The notes under the pieces were generated by a model. The model searched no databases, was not told the DNA's origin, and saw only the letters and a list, made by a program, of their open reading frames with translations. This document shows, in pieces, positions 36,504 through 50,400 of a stretch of 64,000 nucleotides of DNA. The DNA is taken from contig JAUCBJ010006596.1 in NCBI GenBank assembly GCA_032718475.1, positions 1 to 64,000 on the forward strand. The letters are read 5' to 3'. This DNA comes from Nemertoderma westbladi (lineage: Eukaryota; Animalia; Xenacoelomorpha). The translations under genes were made by a program, and so were the position numbers. How positions within the stretch are numbered: the stretch's first letter is position 1; each line of letters starts with the position of its first letter.

Positions 36504-37569
36504 TTTTAACTTTAATTTAAAAAATATAAAACCATAATAATTGATTAAATGACATAATGCATGAATAAGGGTTGCGTAAACCCGAAAATTTGCAAAAGAG
36601 TAGCTATATTTTTTAAGTGACTGAGTGGTGTATATTTATTTATTGAAAAATATAATACATAGAGAAATATATGTATATATATTGGTGGTTTATATACCAA
36701 ACAACCCAAGGTTTCATGATCATGCATAACCCACGGTTTAATTATGGTCAAAATAAACGCTGGTTTCTCAAAATAACCGTAGTTACCCCGAATTGAACCA
36801 CATTGAGAACCAGCGTTTTTTTAAGGAATAACCCCGGTTTCGTTTTTTCAGGGTAGTAGCATTTCAACCGCAAATCTTGTTTCATTCAATGGTCGTCAAA
36901 GGGCGACTGTAAATTTGAAAAGTTTTCGAAAAAACAAATGTTTAGCCATATTTTAATAGCCCATACTGTATAAAATCAAAATATTTTAATTTCAGTAGAA
37001 ATTGTAAACCTTTAAAAAATTATTCAGGGGGGGGGGGGGGGGGGGGTAGGCCTACTTCGGCCTTAAGTATGCCTATGTTTAGAATAATACATAATGTAAG
37101 TTAAATTAAACTTACATTGGCTTCCACCCTCATGATGGACTGAGGGGACTGAGGGTCTGATGGACAGCGTTGCTTCCCGATTGATCGACGGGAAGTTCAA
37201 GGTTGGTGACCAGCCCCACCTAGTTCCAACTCTCCACCAGCGCAGCGTCCATGTTCGCGGCATCTATTCTATCTGTGACGGGATCAAGGGATCCCGACCG
37301 GATTTATCTATTACGCGTCACCGTGTTTACCTTTGGGTGATACCTAGGCCGAGGCTGTTGCAGTAAAACGATAAGAGTTAATTGATGTTTCTTGATATTC
37401 GGATAATGAATATATATGTGATAACACAGTTAGAGTTACTGCTATGGCCTTTTCACCTATTGGATGCTCTCCCTGGCCCCTATTGGCTAATAATCTACTT
37501 CACGCCTCTCCCCTCTCTGTGAGTCTCAACAAACAGATGAGATGGATGATACAATTATTTTTCAGGAGC

Positions 37570-38590
37570 CTACAAATCCTAGCAAAAAATGAGAGAATAT
37601 TGGGGTAGAAATTGTCATCCCAAAAAATATACAAAGTAAACCGAATGTGGTTGCCCTAGCTGCTCGACTAAAAATGACACCACCAACCCAGCAAGCTCAA
37701 TTCACTCAGGCCATTGTCAAGGAATGTGGTGGTGGTGTTAGCAAAATATCTTCATATGCTGTAGCAGATCGAGCAAGGCGAAATGTTAGTAGGAAGATAG
37801 CAGAAGGCACAGAAGAGTCTTATGTTCCACCAGAATTGGCTTCTCTCCATTGGGATGTCAAGTCAAATAAACAGCTCGATTCAGTTCATAATTTTGAACA
37901 GCGTTTGACAGTAATGGTTGTTGACAGTACTGAGGTCAAGTTACTTGGGAAGGACTTCCCAATCCTCGGGAAGTATTATCTCAAACCATATTTTCTTATT
38001 ACTGACGGAATGTAATTGTAGTAGCAACATTGGGAACATGACCTTTGATACAACTGCTTCCAATACAGGTCATGTGACAGCTGCCTGCATTAGCATTCAG
38101 GAGAAACTAGAGAGGCCTTTACTATGATCTGGTTGTAGGCACCATATAGGTGAAATCATCTTAACTCATGTCTGGGAAGATCTGAGAATCGAGCAATCAA
38201 TATGTCTGGGAAGATCTGAGAATCGAGCAATCAAAGTCACCTGATATTACGCTCTTCTTATGACTTCGGAGTAATTGGGGTCTGTTTCGCAATAATTCTG
38301 ACGATCCAGATATCAGCATATTTAATATGAATGAAAAGTCTGATAATTTCAAGTTATACTTCACCTCATTGGGATCAGATCTTTCAAGTGAAATTTCAAA
38401 TACAGCAGCTCATACAAGAGATGATTGATTACAAGGAGTTCGCCCACCTTTGTGCAGTATTTCTGGGAATTTCGACAGAGGTTGTTCGATTCCATCATCC
38501 TGGAGCCATTAATAGAGCAAGGTGGATGAGCAAATTACTCTATTGCATAAAATTGGCACTCCTAGAGAAACAAATTGCTTTTTATTGCTA
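37570..38590 (+). pseudogene. Second hATm-like transposase fragment (different family)
   Basis: LASLHWD, QRLTVMV, FDTTASNTG, GCRHHIGE, HPGAINRARWMSKLLY; many disablements and a local duplication at ~38168-38232. Confidence 0.8.
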
Positions 38591-39060
38591 AATAAATCTT
38601 ATTGCAAATCATTTTAGGCCCTGATAATAATGGTAAATCCGACAATCTAATAAGTGGCTTCTGAGCCACTGGTTTGTACTCTGTTGAAGTTAGTGAGAAC
38701 CTTTAAACCCTGAGAAAATAATCAAACATACTGTATAGATATTCATTGATACTGGCCATAATACAAATATTCTATGCTGCTATTATTATTATTTCTTCTA
38801 CATTCAGTAATTGCATTTGTGTTTACTTTATTGTCCATTTTCTTTTTTTGATAGAGGGTTATGGCCCCCAGCGCCAGTATATTCAATATTTGATTAATTC
38901 ATTTGTACATTGCAATTTTATACGCGATTAAAACGCTATTAAAATTGATAAAATTTGATAAAATTTTTATAAAATACATGTATTACAGTATGTACACGCG
39001 CTACACTCACTTATGAATATTCCCATATCAATGACACTTATTATACATTTAGTATTCTAG

Positions 39061-40392
39061 ACAACAATGAAGAAAGTATGCGTGGGGGGGGGGGGGTGCT
39101 GTAGGTTAAAGGGGACCAGCGACCAATACCCCTGTTTTCGTCAACCAGGCCCGGCCGTCTGGGCCATTGAGGGTGACGCTTTCCTGCCGGACGTCTTCGA
39201 TGGAGAAGGGCAACGTGTACTGCGTTTTCACCGTGGCAGTTTACGTCACTCTTCTTCACAGGAGAGCAACAAAAAGTAAGTTTTTTAATTTATAGTTTAA
39301 AACAATAATTAAACCTATTCAAAAATGTGATAAAAAAATTCACTAACCCTATGAGACTCGAATTAGGTTCCCATCATTAGCAAAAATATTTTAGGTTTTT
39401 ACCAGGTTATTTTAGATTTAAATAACATAATTTGTTAAAGGTGAAATTTATTCGAACTTTTTACTTTACTTTCACTACCACATTGAATTGCAGCATGTGT
39501 TGTATTGGCCACAGGGTATCAAAGAGTATGATTATTGCAAATAAATATTTATAGGTATCTAATTAGCATTTATCTTTTGTTTTAAATTTAAATCTATGTA
39601 ATAATTACGTACCAAGTGGCACGTAAGGTTCGACCTTTTCGGTTTCATACAGACAACACAGCCAGCCATAGACTCAAAAAAATTGCATCCTGTTATAGAA
39701 ATTGAAGTAATCGGTCAGCATCTAACGTGACAAAATCATAAAAAATGGGGTGTAAACGCTACCCCGTCAACCAATTTATGTTATCAATTAATTGAGGGAA
39801 AGAAACAGGTTACAGTGGAAGTTCATTCTAACCAAAACAATACACGATAGTAACGAACTTATGTTCCAGTGGTTGTTACGAACCAGTGGTTGTTGGCTGT
39901 CGGTTGTCGGCGTAGCGTTTAAACACTAAAAAATGGACATGTTATTGGCTGCCTTTATATGGATTACTGGACATGTCAGATGGCAGTATATAAATATAAT
40001 ATTGCTTTTCCACAGTACCCTCTAAAAGTGGCAGGCCCGTATATGATAGGGCCTACGTTCTCAAAGGGTTAACTTTATAATGAACTTATGTTTAATATTT
40101 TCAGATGCAACAACAGGTGGTCCCACATCTTGAGGCCCGGAACCACATAAACAGGGAGGTTCAACAGTATGGAGATAGAGGGTGGTACATCCTCGGCTGG
40201 GGAAAGTCAGGCTCCACCGTCGAGGGTGTGCCAGAAGCCGCTCGCCTACACATCGCCCGCATTGTTCCCGCAGACCCTCTCTACAACTTTAATGTTTACA
40301 TGGTGGGGGCTGGGGCTGGGGGAGTACCTGGGGGTCTCAGCCGGCCTGGGCCTTCAAGGTCCACATCTCTGTCCCAGAGCTGGAGGGGCTAG
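39061..40392 (+). pseudogene. Family X exons 3-4 (39061-39275, 40105-40392)
   Basis: ctag|TTMKKVCVG..CCRLKG...YPCFRQPGPAVWAIEG..., frameshift to FSPWQFTSLFFTGEQQK|gtaagt (39276, phase 0); ttttcag|MQQQVVP...YGDRGWYILGWGK...LHIARIVP. Collinear with TCSGFLCDRRK...CCC...GWAL...TNLF...GWYK...HIAAISP at 52 kb. Confidence 0.7.
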
Positions 40393-41470
40393 ATGTGGAG
40401 CCCTTCGTTTCACGGGCATTCACGAAACTATTTGTGATGGAGTCATTGCTCGCCAGCAGCGTGGCGACCTACGATACCGAGGGTCTCCCAAGGGCAATCA
40501 AGGGGAATTCGCCTTCAGAACGAGTTCGGTGGTAGCTGGTTTGTGGTAACTAAAACATGTTACTATTGGGTTGCTAAGGGTAAATTTTTTTGTGGGATAT
40601 TTAAAAAACGCAAGTTGTCTTTGAAAATCGGTTCACTCAATAATTGCCTCTTTACATCCCCTTAGTAACACATACGTAATTGCTGTTATTAGGTTATTAT
40701 TACTGTTATTGTTAAGTACTAAATTAGTTATTCCTTATCTGTAGTATTTTTTAAACTTTAATCGTGGCGATCATTTGAGTCTAAGTGCTTTTCTATGCAT
40801 TGCAATTCTCTACTGTTTTTAAGTACTAAATTTGTTATGCCTTTATAGTATTTTTAAATTTTATTTAGTTGTGGTAACAATTTTTTAAATTTTAGATTGT
40901 TTGTGTCTATTGTAAGGTTTGCATGATTTTTCCATTTAGTATATTTTAGAAATAGTGGATAATTAAAGATTCCGATAATAATACTTCAACAATTATTTTA
41001 TTTATTTAGCTAATTCAATTATGTCCAATTATGTTCAAATGTCCAAATGTTCAATTATTAATTCAATTATTCAATTCTTGATCAACCTTCAGGCCTTCAC
41101 TACGATACACTCACTTGTGCATGCAGAAGGGTGCGTCTAGCTGCAATTGCGATAATAATCAATATTTTTGCTTATTTTTAATGCATCCATTATAGCAGGT
41201 TAATTGGTATTGGAAGTTTTACTGCATTTTTCATTGGTGGAGTCGCCATGAAAAATAAAACGCAAATATATTCTCAAATTATTTTAGAAGGCAAAGGGGC
41301 AGTACTATTTTAGAAAATTAATTAGGCTAATATATTACAATTATTATATCCTGTACATATTTCAGTCATCAATCATGTCATAGTAACATATCATGATGTA
41401 ATACATTCACATACACATAGTTTTTTTACTATTCGTTTATATTTCAACTATTACATTATTTAGTTTGCAG

Positions 41471-42041
41471 ATATCGACACCAAAGCTGAAGGTAGAAAGT
41501 GGGTTTCCTTATTATGGATGGATGCCCCATGCCCATCATGTTGATTGCCATGAAGGATGACCAATCCTTAGCTGACAAATATTTGTTAACCCCGGACTTT
41601 GGTCATGTTGAACACAACATGATCAAGGCAGCCATTAGTGCAGGATGGGAGCTGGAGTTTGAATCGCAGTTGTCAGTTGTCTGCTGTCGGTTCTGTCCGT
41701 TCGGTCCCAGACAGCAGTGGTCTAGTTGGTGGTTTTGAAGAATCTGAACAGCTAAAATGAAAAATATAGTAACAACTGAAAATGTATCTGATTCACATGT
41801 CATTACACTTGAAAATCGTGATAGTCATCTCTGGGGTAAATTAACATGGGATGAAATTACTGGTAGGAGTAACGACCACATTGAGTTGGAATTTATGGAA
41901 GACCAACTTCAATTAAATACTCAAGCCAGATCTGATGGTGATGCAGATTGGATTCCTAGTGAAGCAACAGACAACACTGAAGATGGTAGGCCTAGTTGTG
42001 TTGGAATAATCCATGATGAAGAAGTGCTAACAGAAGTTTAA
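41471..42041 (+). pseudogene. Unidentified coding-like exon with acidic tail (frameshifted)
   Basis: GC-richer island after tttgcag acceptor; two adjacent ORFs (41499-41738, 41757-42041); no family recognised. Confidence 0.3.
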
Positions 42042-42553
42042 GGAAAATATTTAAAAATTATATGATTACTATAAATGGCTGTTTAGTCCTCTCTGCGTAG
42101 GAAAAAAATGAAAAAAAACAAGTAACCAGCACTTTTCAGTTAGAACACAAAATATTTTATTCACTTATACGATGCTATAAATTCACATTTATAGGTTTTC
42201 TAGGGGCTGATTCTAATGGAATACATTTCTAATATGCCAGATCATTGCTACTTGTATTTTTCGGCGTAATTTGGCAAATTTTGGTGCTAGCACGAAATTT
42301 CGTACCCATCACCAAAAAGTACAAGTTTGCGAGTACAAGGTTGCGAATTCTAGAAATAACAGTACTTCCGATAATACACTTGTAACAATGACAAAGTGGA
42401 AAATAGTGGAAAAGGTATTGAGAATAGTCTCAATTATATAGCTGATCTATCTGATCATCAGCTGTTGGAGCAGACGTCAAAACGAGTCTCCTTGTCAAAA
42501 CCAGGTCTGCCATTGCCGCACAAGGTCTTGCTATTGGGAAACTCCGCAGTGCC

Positions 42554-42823
42554 ATGAGAGATAAGATACAACTATGTCTTGAAAAGACCGGCAAAGACGA
42601 CATCAACACTAGTCAAGGACCAACGTTAATGAACCCAGCCAGTAATATCACTGAGTTAAAAGCAATGTTAGAAGATTCTCGCTTGATTGACCTATCTATC
42701 ACGACAAGGGGAGCGGACCTACGCAAAGCCGTTAAACGCCAGCTAAGCTTTCTCCTTACTAATAAGTTTTCCAGTATTCGTCGTATTAGACGAATATCGG
42801 AATCGTTGTTATCAAAGTCCTGA
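42554..42823 (+). pseudogene. DUF4806/BEN-like fragment (CACTA-associated)
   Basis: PASNITELKAMLED...GADLRKAVKRQLSFLLTNKF aligns with PANNETELISLMDN...GG/TLRDAVYLQFGSLLTPDF at 57.7-57.9 kb. Confidence 0.5.
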
Positions 42824-43796
42824 TGGATGTAAATACAGTACTTTTTACAAATTCCATATCATTTTACCAACTTGTCTCAAGAAGTTCCTAGAGTTTTCCA
42901 CTGACCAAGAACCACCAAGAGATGAAAATTTCCCCAAAGAGAGACCAAGAACCCTCAAGAGTGACCAACAGAGTTTTGCCTTCAATTCATATCGGGTCGG
43001 GAATGCCGAACTTTACAGAAGATGATTCCTTCTTCTTGATTGGGCAAATTGCGATTAAATTAATAGGGCATACACATTTTACGCATAAGCATAATTTTTA
43101 ATAATAGCTAGCTTATGCATCACAAAGTCAATGGCGCAAAATTACCGCAAACACCAAATATGTGATTATTGGGTTTAAAGAATTAATTTAATTTAATTGA
43201 AATATTATTAAGGGAAAGTAGTAGATTACAGTGGAGTTGTTTCCTACAAAAATAATAAACAAGATTTAATTTCACTTGCGGTCCATTTGAGGTGAAGATC
43301 ACTATTTTCACTTGCATGCAGTTAATGTGCGCCACTATCTGGCATCGCAAAATTACAAGCATAAAATAATGTTAGGCAGTTTTATACTTTGAGTTCTGTG
43401 TGCCACATGAATGAAGCCCCGCCTTAAACATTCATGCCAAGATCTGACAAGAATCCTCAATTACCAACAAGAATTAACAAAAGTCTCAATTCACACCAAG
43501 ACAAGCCAAGCCAATGTCTCTCAATAACCGCCAAGACCCACAAACAAACCACGATAAGGTCACTCAGGCAGTCAGGCGTGTGCTGGGTAAAATAATAGGC
43601 ATTACAGGTTTCCCAAGAGGTAACTCTACAGGATGTGGCGCACGGAGCAGAGTTGACGACATTGATCACTTTACATTATCAGCCACACGATCAGAGCAAA
43701 GCATGAATACAATACACTCCTCAGTCAAATACCAGTGATGGTTGGATAACCTCAAGGCAGCTTCAGCTACTTCAGCGTCAATCATCCTTAGATCTA

Positions 43797-45060
43797 CAAG
43801 AACGCTTACACTAACTGAGAAACAAAAGTTTGAACAGCGGTTAGACTAACTGAGGAACAAAGATTAGGACAGCGGTTAAACTAACTGAGGAACAAACGTT
43901 AGAACAGCTGTTACACTAACTGAGCAACAAACATTAGAACAGCGGGTAAACTAACTTAGAAACAAACATTACAACAGCGGTTACACTAACTGAGGAACAA
44001 ACGTTAGTACAACCGTTAAACTAACTAAGGAAGAAACGTTTGAACAGCGGTTAAACTAACTGAGGAAAAAACGTTAGAACAGCGGTTACAGTAACTAAGG
44101 AACAAACGTTAGAACAGCGGTTAAACTAACTTAGGAACAAATGTTACAACAGCGGTTACACTAACTGAGGAACAAACGTTAGAACAGCGGTTACACTAAC
44201 TGAAGAACAAACGTTAGAACAGCGGTTAAAATAACCGAGTAAAACGTTAGAACAGTGGTTACACTAACAGAGGAACAAAAGTTAGAACAGCGGTTAAACA
44301 AACTTAGGAACAAACGTTACAACAGCGGTTACACTAACTGAGGAACAAACGTTAGAACAACGGTTACACTAACTGAGAAACAAAAGTTTGAACAGCTGTT
44401 AAACTAACTGAGGAACAAAGATTAGGACAGCTGTTAAACTAACTGAGGAACAAACGTTAGAACAAAGGTTAGACTAACTGCGGAACAAACGTTAGAACAG
44501 CGGTTACACTAACTGAGGAACAAACATTAAAACAGCGGTTAAAATAACCTAGAAAAACGTTAGAACAACGGTTACACTAACTGAGGAACAAACGTTTGAA
44601 CAGCGGTTAAACTAACTGAGGAACAAACGTTAGAACAGTGTTTACACTAACTGAGGAAGAAACGTTAGAACAGCGGTTACACTAACTGAGGAACAAACGT
44701 TTCAACAGCGCTTAAACTAACTGAGAAACAAACATTAAAACAGCGGTTAAAATAACCGAGTAAAACGTTAGAACAACGGTTACATTAACTGAGGAACAAA
44801 TGTTTGAACAGCGGTTAAACTAACTGAGGAACAAACGTTAGAACAGCGTTTACACTAACTGAGGAAGAAACGTTAGAACAACGGTTACACTAACAGAGGA
44901 ACAAACGTTAGAACAGCGGATAAACTAACTGAGGAACGTTACACTAACTGAGGAACAAACGTTTGAACAGCAGTTAAACTAACTGAGTAACAAATATTAG
45001 AACAGCGTTTAAACTAACTGATGAACAAAGCTTAGGACAGCAGTTAAACTAACTAAGGAA
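43797..45060 (-). repeat. 35-bp satellite array, inverted relative to 3274-5440
   Basis: CTAACTGAGGAACAAACGTTAGAACAGCGGTTACA is the reverse complement of the first array's unit; same diagnostic variants. Confidence 0.95.
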
Positions 45061-45629
45061 GGGAAAGGCATGGGCAGCCTTGAATAGGCTTTCCAGGATT
45101 TGGAAGTCACCGAGAATTAATTGGAAACTTAAGGTCCGATTATTTAGAGCAGCAGTAGTTCCAGTACTCCTCTACGGGAGTCCATGCTGGGCTCTAACTG
45201 CTGAGGACAACAAATCTCTGGATGGCACATTCACAAGAATGCTACGCCGGGTTCATTGTGTCAAGTACAATGCACACATCTCCAACCAGACACTATATAA
45301 CATTGGAGGTGTCTCATTGGTTCCCCCAAGCTTGACACTAGAACAAAATCGCCTCCGCTTTGCAGGACATTGCTTTCGCCGTGAGGATCAGCCAGTGCAT
45401 AATCTTGTACTTTGGCAGCCTCATGGAGTGAATAAGCATGGTGGACAGCCCATGACTTTCTTGAGACGCATCTTAAAGGACACTGGCCTTAAAGATGCGG
45501 ATGATCTAGCAAATGTCATGGGTGATAGGGAGTTGTGGCGGTGCAATTTTGTTGACAAGCCGGCACAGCATTCTTAAAAATGCAGCTGCAATGCAGCATG
45601 CCGATCCTAGTAGTAGTAGTAGTAGTAGT
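45060..45629 (+). mobile_element. RTE family B 3' fragment with (TAG)n tail
   Basis: IWKSPRI..KLKVRLFRAAVVPVLLYGS..RLRFAGHC; tail TAGTAGTAG at 45608-45629. Confidence 0.92.
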
Positions 45630-47270
45630 ATATATACAGTACGGAACCGCGTACTTCAATTAACAAAATATAATAATCACGATATTTTTTACCCATTAAA
45701 ATAGTCATTATGATATAAATTATAATTCGATATATAATTAAAAATTATAATACACACATAAGAGCTGTACAGTATGAGTTTATATTTAATGAAACTATTA
45801 TTAGTGCATTTTTATGTAATTATTATTAAGATACAGTAGGTTTCGGCGAATATGTTCAAATACCGAAGACATGTACAGAAAATCAACGTATCAATGTAAG
45901 GTACCATAATCAACAAACCTGCTTATTGTTACTAACCGTGCGATCATCTCTCATCTTTCTGTGACAATAAATATGGTTATACCGCAATGCAAACCGCCGG
46001 TACAAAATATATATAACTATTATAATATATATATATATATAATATATATCTAAAGGCTGATAGGCCTATATATCTTTATAAATATATCTACCAGTACCGC
46101 TAATCACTGAATCATGTCTGCATGTTAAAATAATATAGGGCCTATTTACAAATATTACACGTGTTTGATTGGCCTAGTGCTGTAGTGATTACAGATACAC
46201 TAGTAGGAAACTATCATAATACCGGTACCGGTACCTAGTAAATAAAATCAATCATGATAATAAATCAGATTAGTAAAAACAAAGTAAACATTTAAGGAAG
46301 AACCAACTACGACAATTTTATGGCAACAAACTTAAAGGTACCGTACATAAGTACTGTAACTGCTTAGGCCTATTGGGCAACTACTGCACCTGCAGACTAG
46401 TACCTACTAGTATCAACTATCCGACTTTCAGTATATCAGTTACTGGTATTCAAGTAGCGCTACCAGATTGCCAGAAATACTTTCAGTATTAAAAGTCAAC
46501 TGTACTGTTTGTACCGCTATAGCTGTATTCACCAGTCATGTTTAGTACCGGTATAAAAACTTTCAGTTTTAAGTCATAACTGTTTAGTCAAGCGTTTCCG
46601 ATACCGCGGGTCGGCCTATTAAAACACCCAGTTAAGTCAAACAGCAAATGCTTCTGAACTAAATTAAACTTTAGTATACCTGACTGGCTGAAGGTAAGTT
46701 AATTCTTAGTGAAAATAATGAAAACTACAGTAGCCAGAAAATGAATTACCGGTATTTATTTGAGTAGTCTTCTAATACCGGTTAGGTATTTTCCTATCTC
46801 AAAGTGAACTAGTTATTCAGTACTGTACACCTTGGCTTAGCTGGTAGTGACACATACCACTGACATATTATTGTTGCGGTAGTGGAAAATATGTTTCAAT
46901 TTAATGTCCCACGGCAACCGTCATATCATTTTCATATTTATTCTTTAAATAACCGAATGGTTATAAACAAGTGTAAGTACAAGCGTAATGGATTTTAGAT
47001 TGAAATCAGAAATAGTAAGCTACCGGTAATTAAATTTTACGACTACAGTATGAACAGTTCATTCAAATAATTCAAATAAATATTAAATTAGATAGATACT
47101 GTATATTAAATTATGTATTACTTAAACAGTTAATGCGTTTAATTATTTTCTAAAGTGACTAAATATTTTGGTATTAAAGTAATATAACCATTAATTACTG
47201 CAGTAATTAAAGATTAAATAATTCATTCAGTAGTGAGGATGGATCGAATAAACAATCGGCGTCGGGTTTC

Positions 47271-47487
47271 TGTTATGACCTAAGAGACAGGAGATAAACC
47301 GGGTACTTAGGCCTAATAAAGAACCTACAGATATACCTATCTTAGTCTGGTGGTGGTTGGTTGACACTCTATATATGATGCCTTTAGTACTGTCTGACTG
47401 TTGTATAATAAAATAATTACAGCAATTACTGCTAATGAATTGCTATATATTTAATATTTAATTAATCAATTCATGAGATGGCGCAGT
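47271..47487 (+). promoter_or_regulatory. Putative 5' LTR (47271-47478) and primer-binding site TGGCGCAGT (47479-47487)
   Basis: Begins TGTTATGA, ends TCATGAGA (imperfect inverse), internal TATATA and AATAAA, immediately followed by TGG. Confidence 0.65.
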
Positions 47488-50400
47488 GCTAGTCTTGTCT
47501 TAACCTATCCGGGAACCGGGAATCGAGACAACTCTGTAAATACTGAAATAACTTTTAAAAAATAAACCACTTTTGGATGCGAAATAGGTTTACCCTACTA
47601 AAATCCCAATTCTGCAATTCAACAGTCACAGTCAATACTGCAATTCAGTAATTGTATAATGGCACATACCGGTATCGACTTGAACGCAACGTACGAACTC
47701 ACGACCGAGGATGTGGAAATACTGAGTCGCGAGGAACTCAAACAACACTGCATAAACGCAGAGATCCAAATCGATTCGAAAGACCCCATAGCTCGTTTAC
47801 GGAAACGTTTACACCGGTATCTCGCGGAAGAGATCGACGACGGTGGTGGTAAACCCACTTTACGAGGTGGTGGCCAAACCGAACTCGCATTAATTCTCCA
47901 ACAAATGGAGGCTCAACGACGCGAAGATGCGGCCCAACGTCGTGTAGATGCAGAGGAACGAGAAAGGCGGGAAGAACAGCGCGAACAGCAACGCCGTATC
48001 GAGGCGGAGGAACTTTGACTGTTATCGGATCAACGCGAACAGCGAATAATCGAACTGTTCTCCCAACGCGGCGTGAACACGCGCACCGACCGACCCCTCG
48101 ATGGCAGCCAGGCGGCGGCCAAATTCCAGACTCACGGACCCGAAAAACTTGATCGCGGAATTAAACTCAAAGAATTTCAGCGGTGGCGGGTAGCATGGGA
48201 TTCCTATTCAGTTTTAACCAAACTGGGGGGGAAACCACAAGAAGACCAACTCGCGGCATTCAGAACTTACTGTACAACCAATTTCCTAAGTGAACTACAG
48301 TATTGCATTGGCATTGAACCTCACACACAAAATACATTACCAGAAATTTTGGACTTGATCGAGGTTTACTTGCGTAAACAACGCAATATCGTGGTTGACC
48401 GCTACCAATTGCTCCGCCTTAAAAAAGGGGAGTACGAGGATTTCGATACATTTTTGGCACATCTACGCGAAGCGATGGACGATGCAGAGATGCACACGAT
48501 GACTGCAGATGATTGGTCTACCACATTAATTGTGTGCGGTCTGGGTACCGGTACAGAGGACGAGGAGACCCGGAAGGAGATCTTCGGTAAACGACCTCCA
48601 CTGGACACCAATGAAACCATTGAACTTTGTCGCAGCCGCGAGGTGGCTGCTAAAGAAACGCAGCGGTTACAGCACCGGGCTGTAGGCAAAGTAGATGAAG
48701 GACGGGGACGCTCCAAATACAAATCCCGTTATAAAAAAGAGAAAAGAAACTCCACCAAGGAGGTAAATACTGAACAAAAAAAATTTCAGTCTGTAACTCG
48801 AAATGCCTTTCTAGAAGCTATAACAAAAGCCCACTCAGAAGGAAGGTGTACAAACTGTGGTGGGACATACCCACACGCTGAGGGGAGACCGTGTGGAGCA
48901 AAAGAGGCTGTGTGCGGTGGGTGCAGTAAAAAAGGACACTACAAGCGATGCTGTCTGTCCAATTTACTACAAAACAAACCCAGCAAGGTTTCGGGAGGTG
49001 TAAAAATAGCGGGTGTGGAGACAGATAATAAACACCGGCGCAGACCAGTCATACCCATCGACTTCTATGTCCCCGCTGGATGTGATGGCACCAAACCAAT
49101 ATATTTAGGTAACTGTGACAGTGTAGCCGATACTGGGGCGGAAGTTACCATCGCATCTGCCAAACTCGAACACGACTGGGATTTGCCCAACCATAAAGGC
49201 CGTAGGGAAGCAGACTTTCCCCTCATTGGTGCAGATGACCAAGAAATTGCATGCAACTATTGCGTTGACTTGGAACTGTCAGTGGGCGGTTGGCGACACC
49301 TCGAGACAGTGTACTTCTGCCCAAATATGAGGCAGAACGAGGTTTACCTCTCCTTCAATGCATGTATCGGGTTGAAACTAGTTTCACCTGACTTCCCTAC
49401 TCCACTTCGAATAGCCGCTACCCAGACTACCGGCTGTGGGGGGGATGATGGAGGGAAAGGCCATTCCCAACCCAGTGACAACATACATGAGAGCATCCGT
49501 CAGCAATTGCTAGCCGAATTCAAAGATGTCTTTGATACCACAGGGCCATTACAGCCCTTGGCTGGCCCTCCTATGACAATACAACTTGCAGAGGGGGCAA
49601 AAGCATATTGCCTAACGACAGCCCGTCCAATCCCACTACCCTATAGGGAAAAAACAAAAAATCTCCTCGATGAGATGGTCACCAAAGGGGTCATTGAACC
49701 TGTAGGTGACCGCCCAGTATCATGGTGCCACCCCATGGTTGTATGTCCAAAGCCCAACCGACCCGGAGAGATCCGGATAACGGTTGACCTCACCCAACTC
49801 AACAAGCAGGTATTGCGAACCATACACAATTCCAGAACACCCGGAGACATTGTGTCTGCCCGCACACCTGGTACCTCCATGTTCACTGTCTTAGATGCTA
49901 AGACAGGCTATTGGCAGGTTGAGTTAGACGAGGGGTCACGGGACTACACATCATTTATCACAATGTGGGGGCGGTATCGATACTGTAGAGCCCCAATGGG
50001 CTACATCAGCTCCGGAGATTCATATAATTTCCGGGGAGATCAGGCACTCGATGGACTAATACAGGTCCACAAATGTGTGGACGATATCCTGGTGGAGGGA
50101 AGTGATATAGTGGAACACACCCAACGGGTACGGGAAGTACTACTTCGCTGCCGTAAACACGCTATCACCCTACACCCAGCGAAATTTCAATTCGCTAAAC
50201 CGCAAGTAAAATTTGCAGGATATATCCTGACTGCAGACGGCACAGAGGCAGACCCAGAAAAGCTCAGGGCCATTTCTGATTACCCAACACCTGCTAATAT
50301 AACCGATATTCGCAGTTTTATGGGGCTGGTAAACCAGCTGGGCCAGTTCAGTGATGATATTGCTGATACTGCTGCACCGCTGCGGGAATTGCTTCGAACG

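Noticed and set aside
37120-37520. Possible solo LTR (TGT...ACA at ~37274-37425)
   Set aside because: No convincing TSD, PBS or partner LTR.
48016-48018. Programmed readthrough or selenocysteine at the TGA in Gypsy gag
   Set aside because: Lies in an Arg/Glu-rich stretch early in gag; CGA>TGA decay is simpler.
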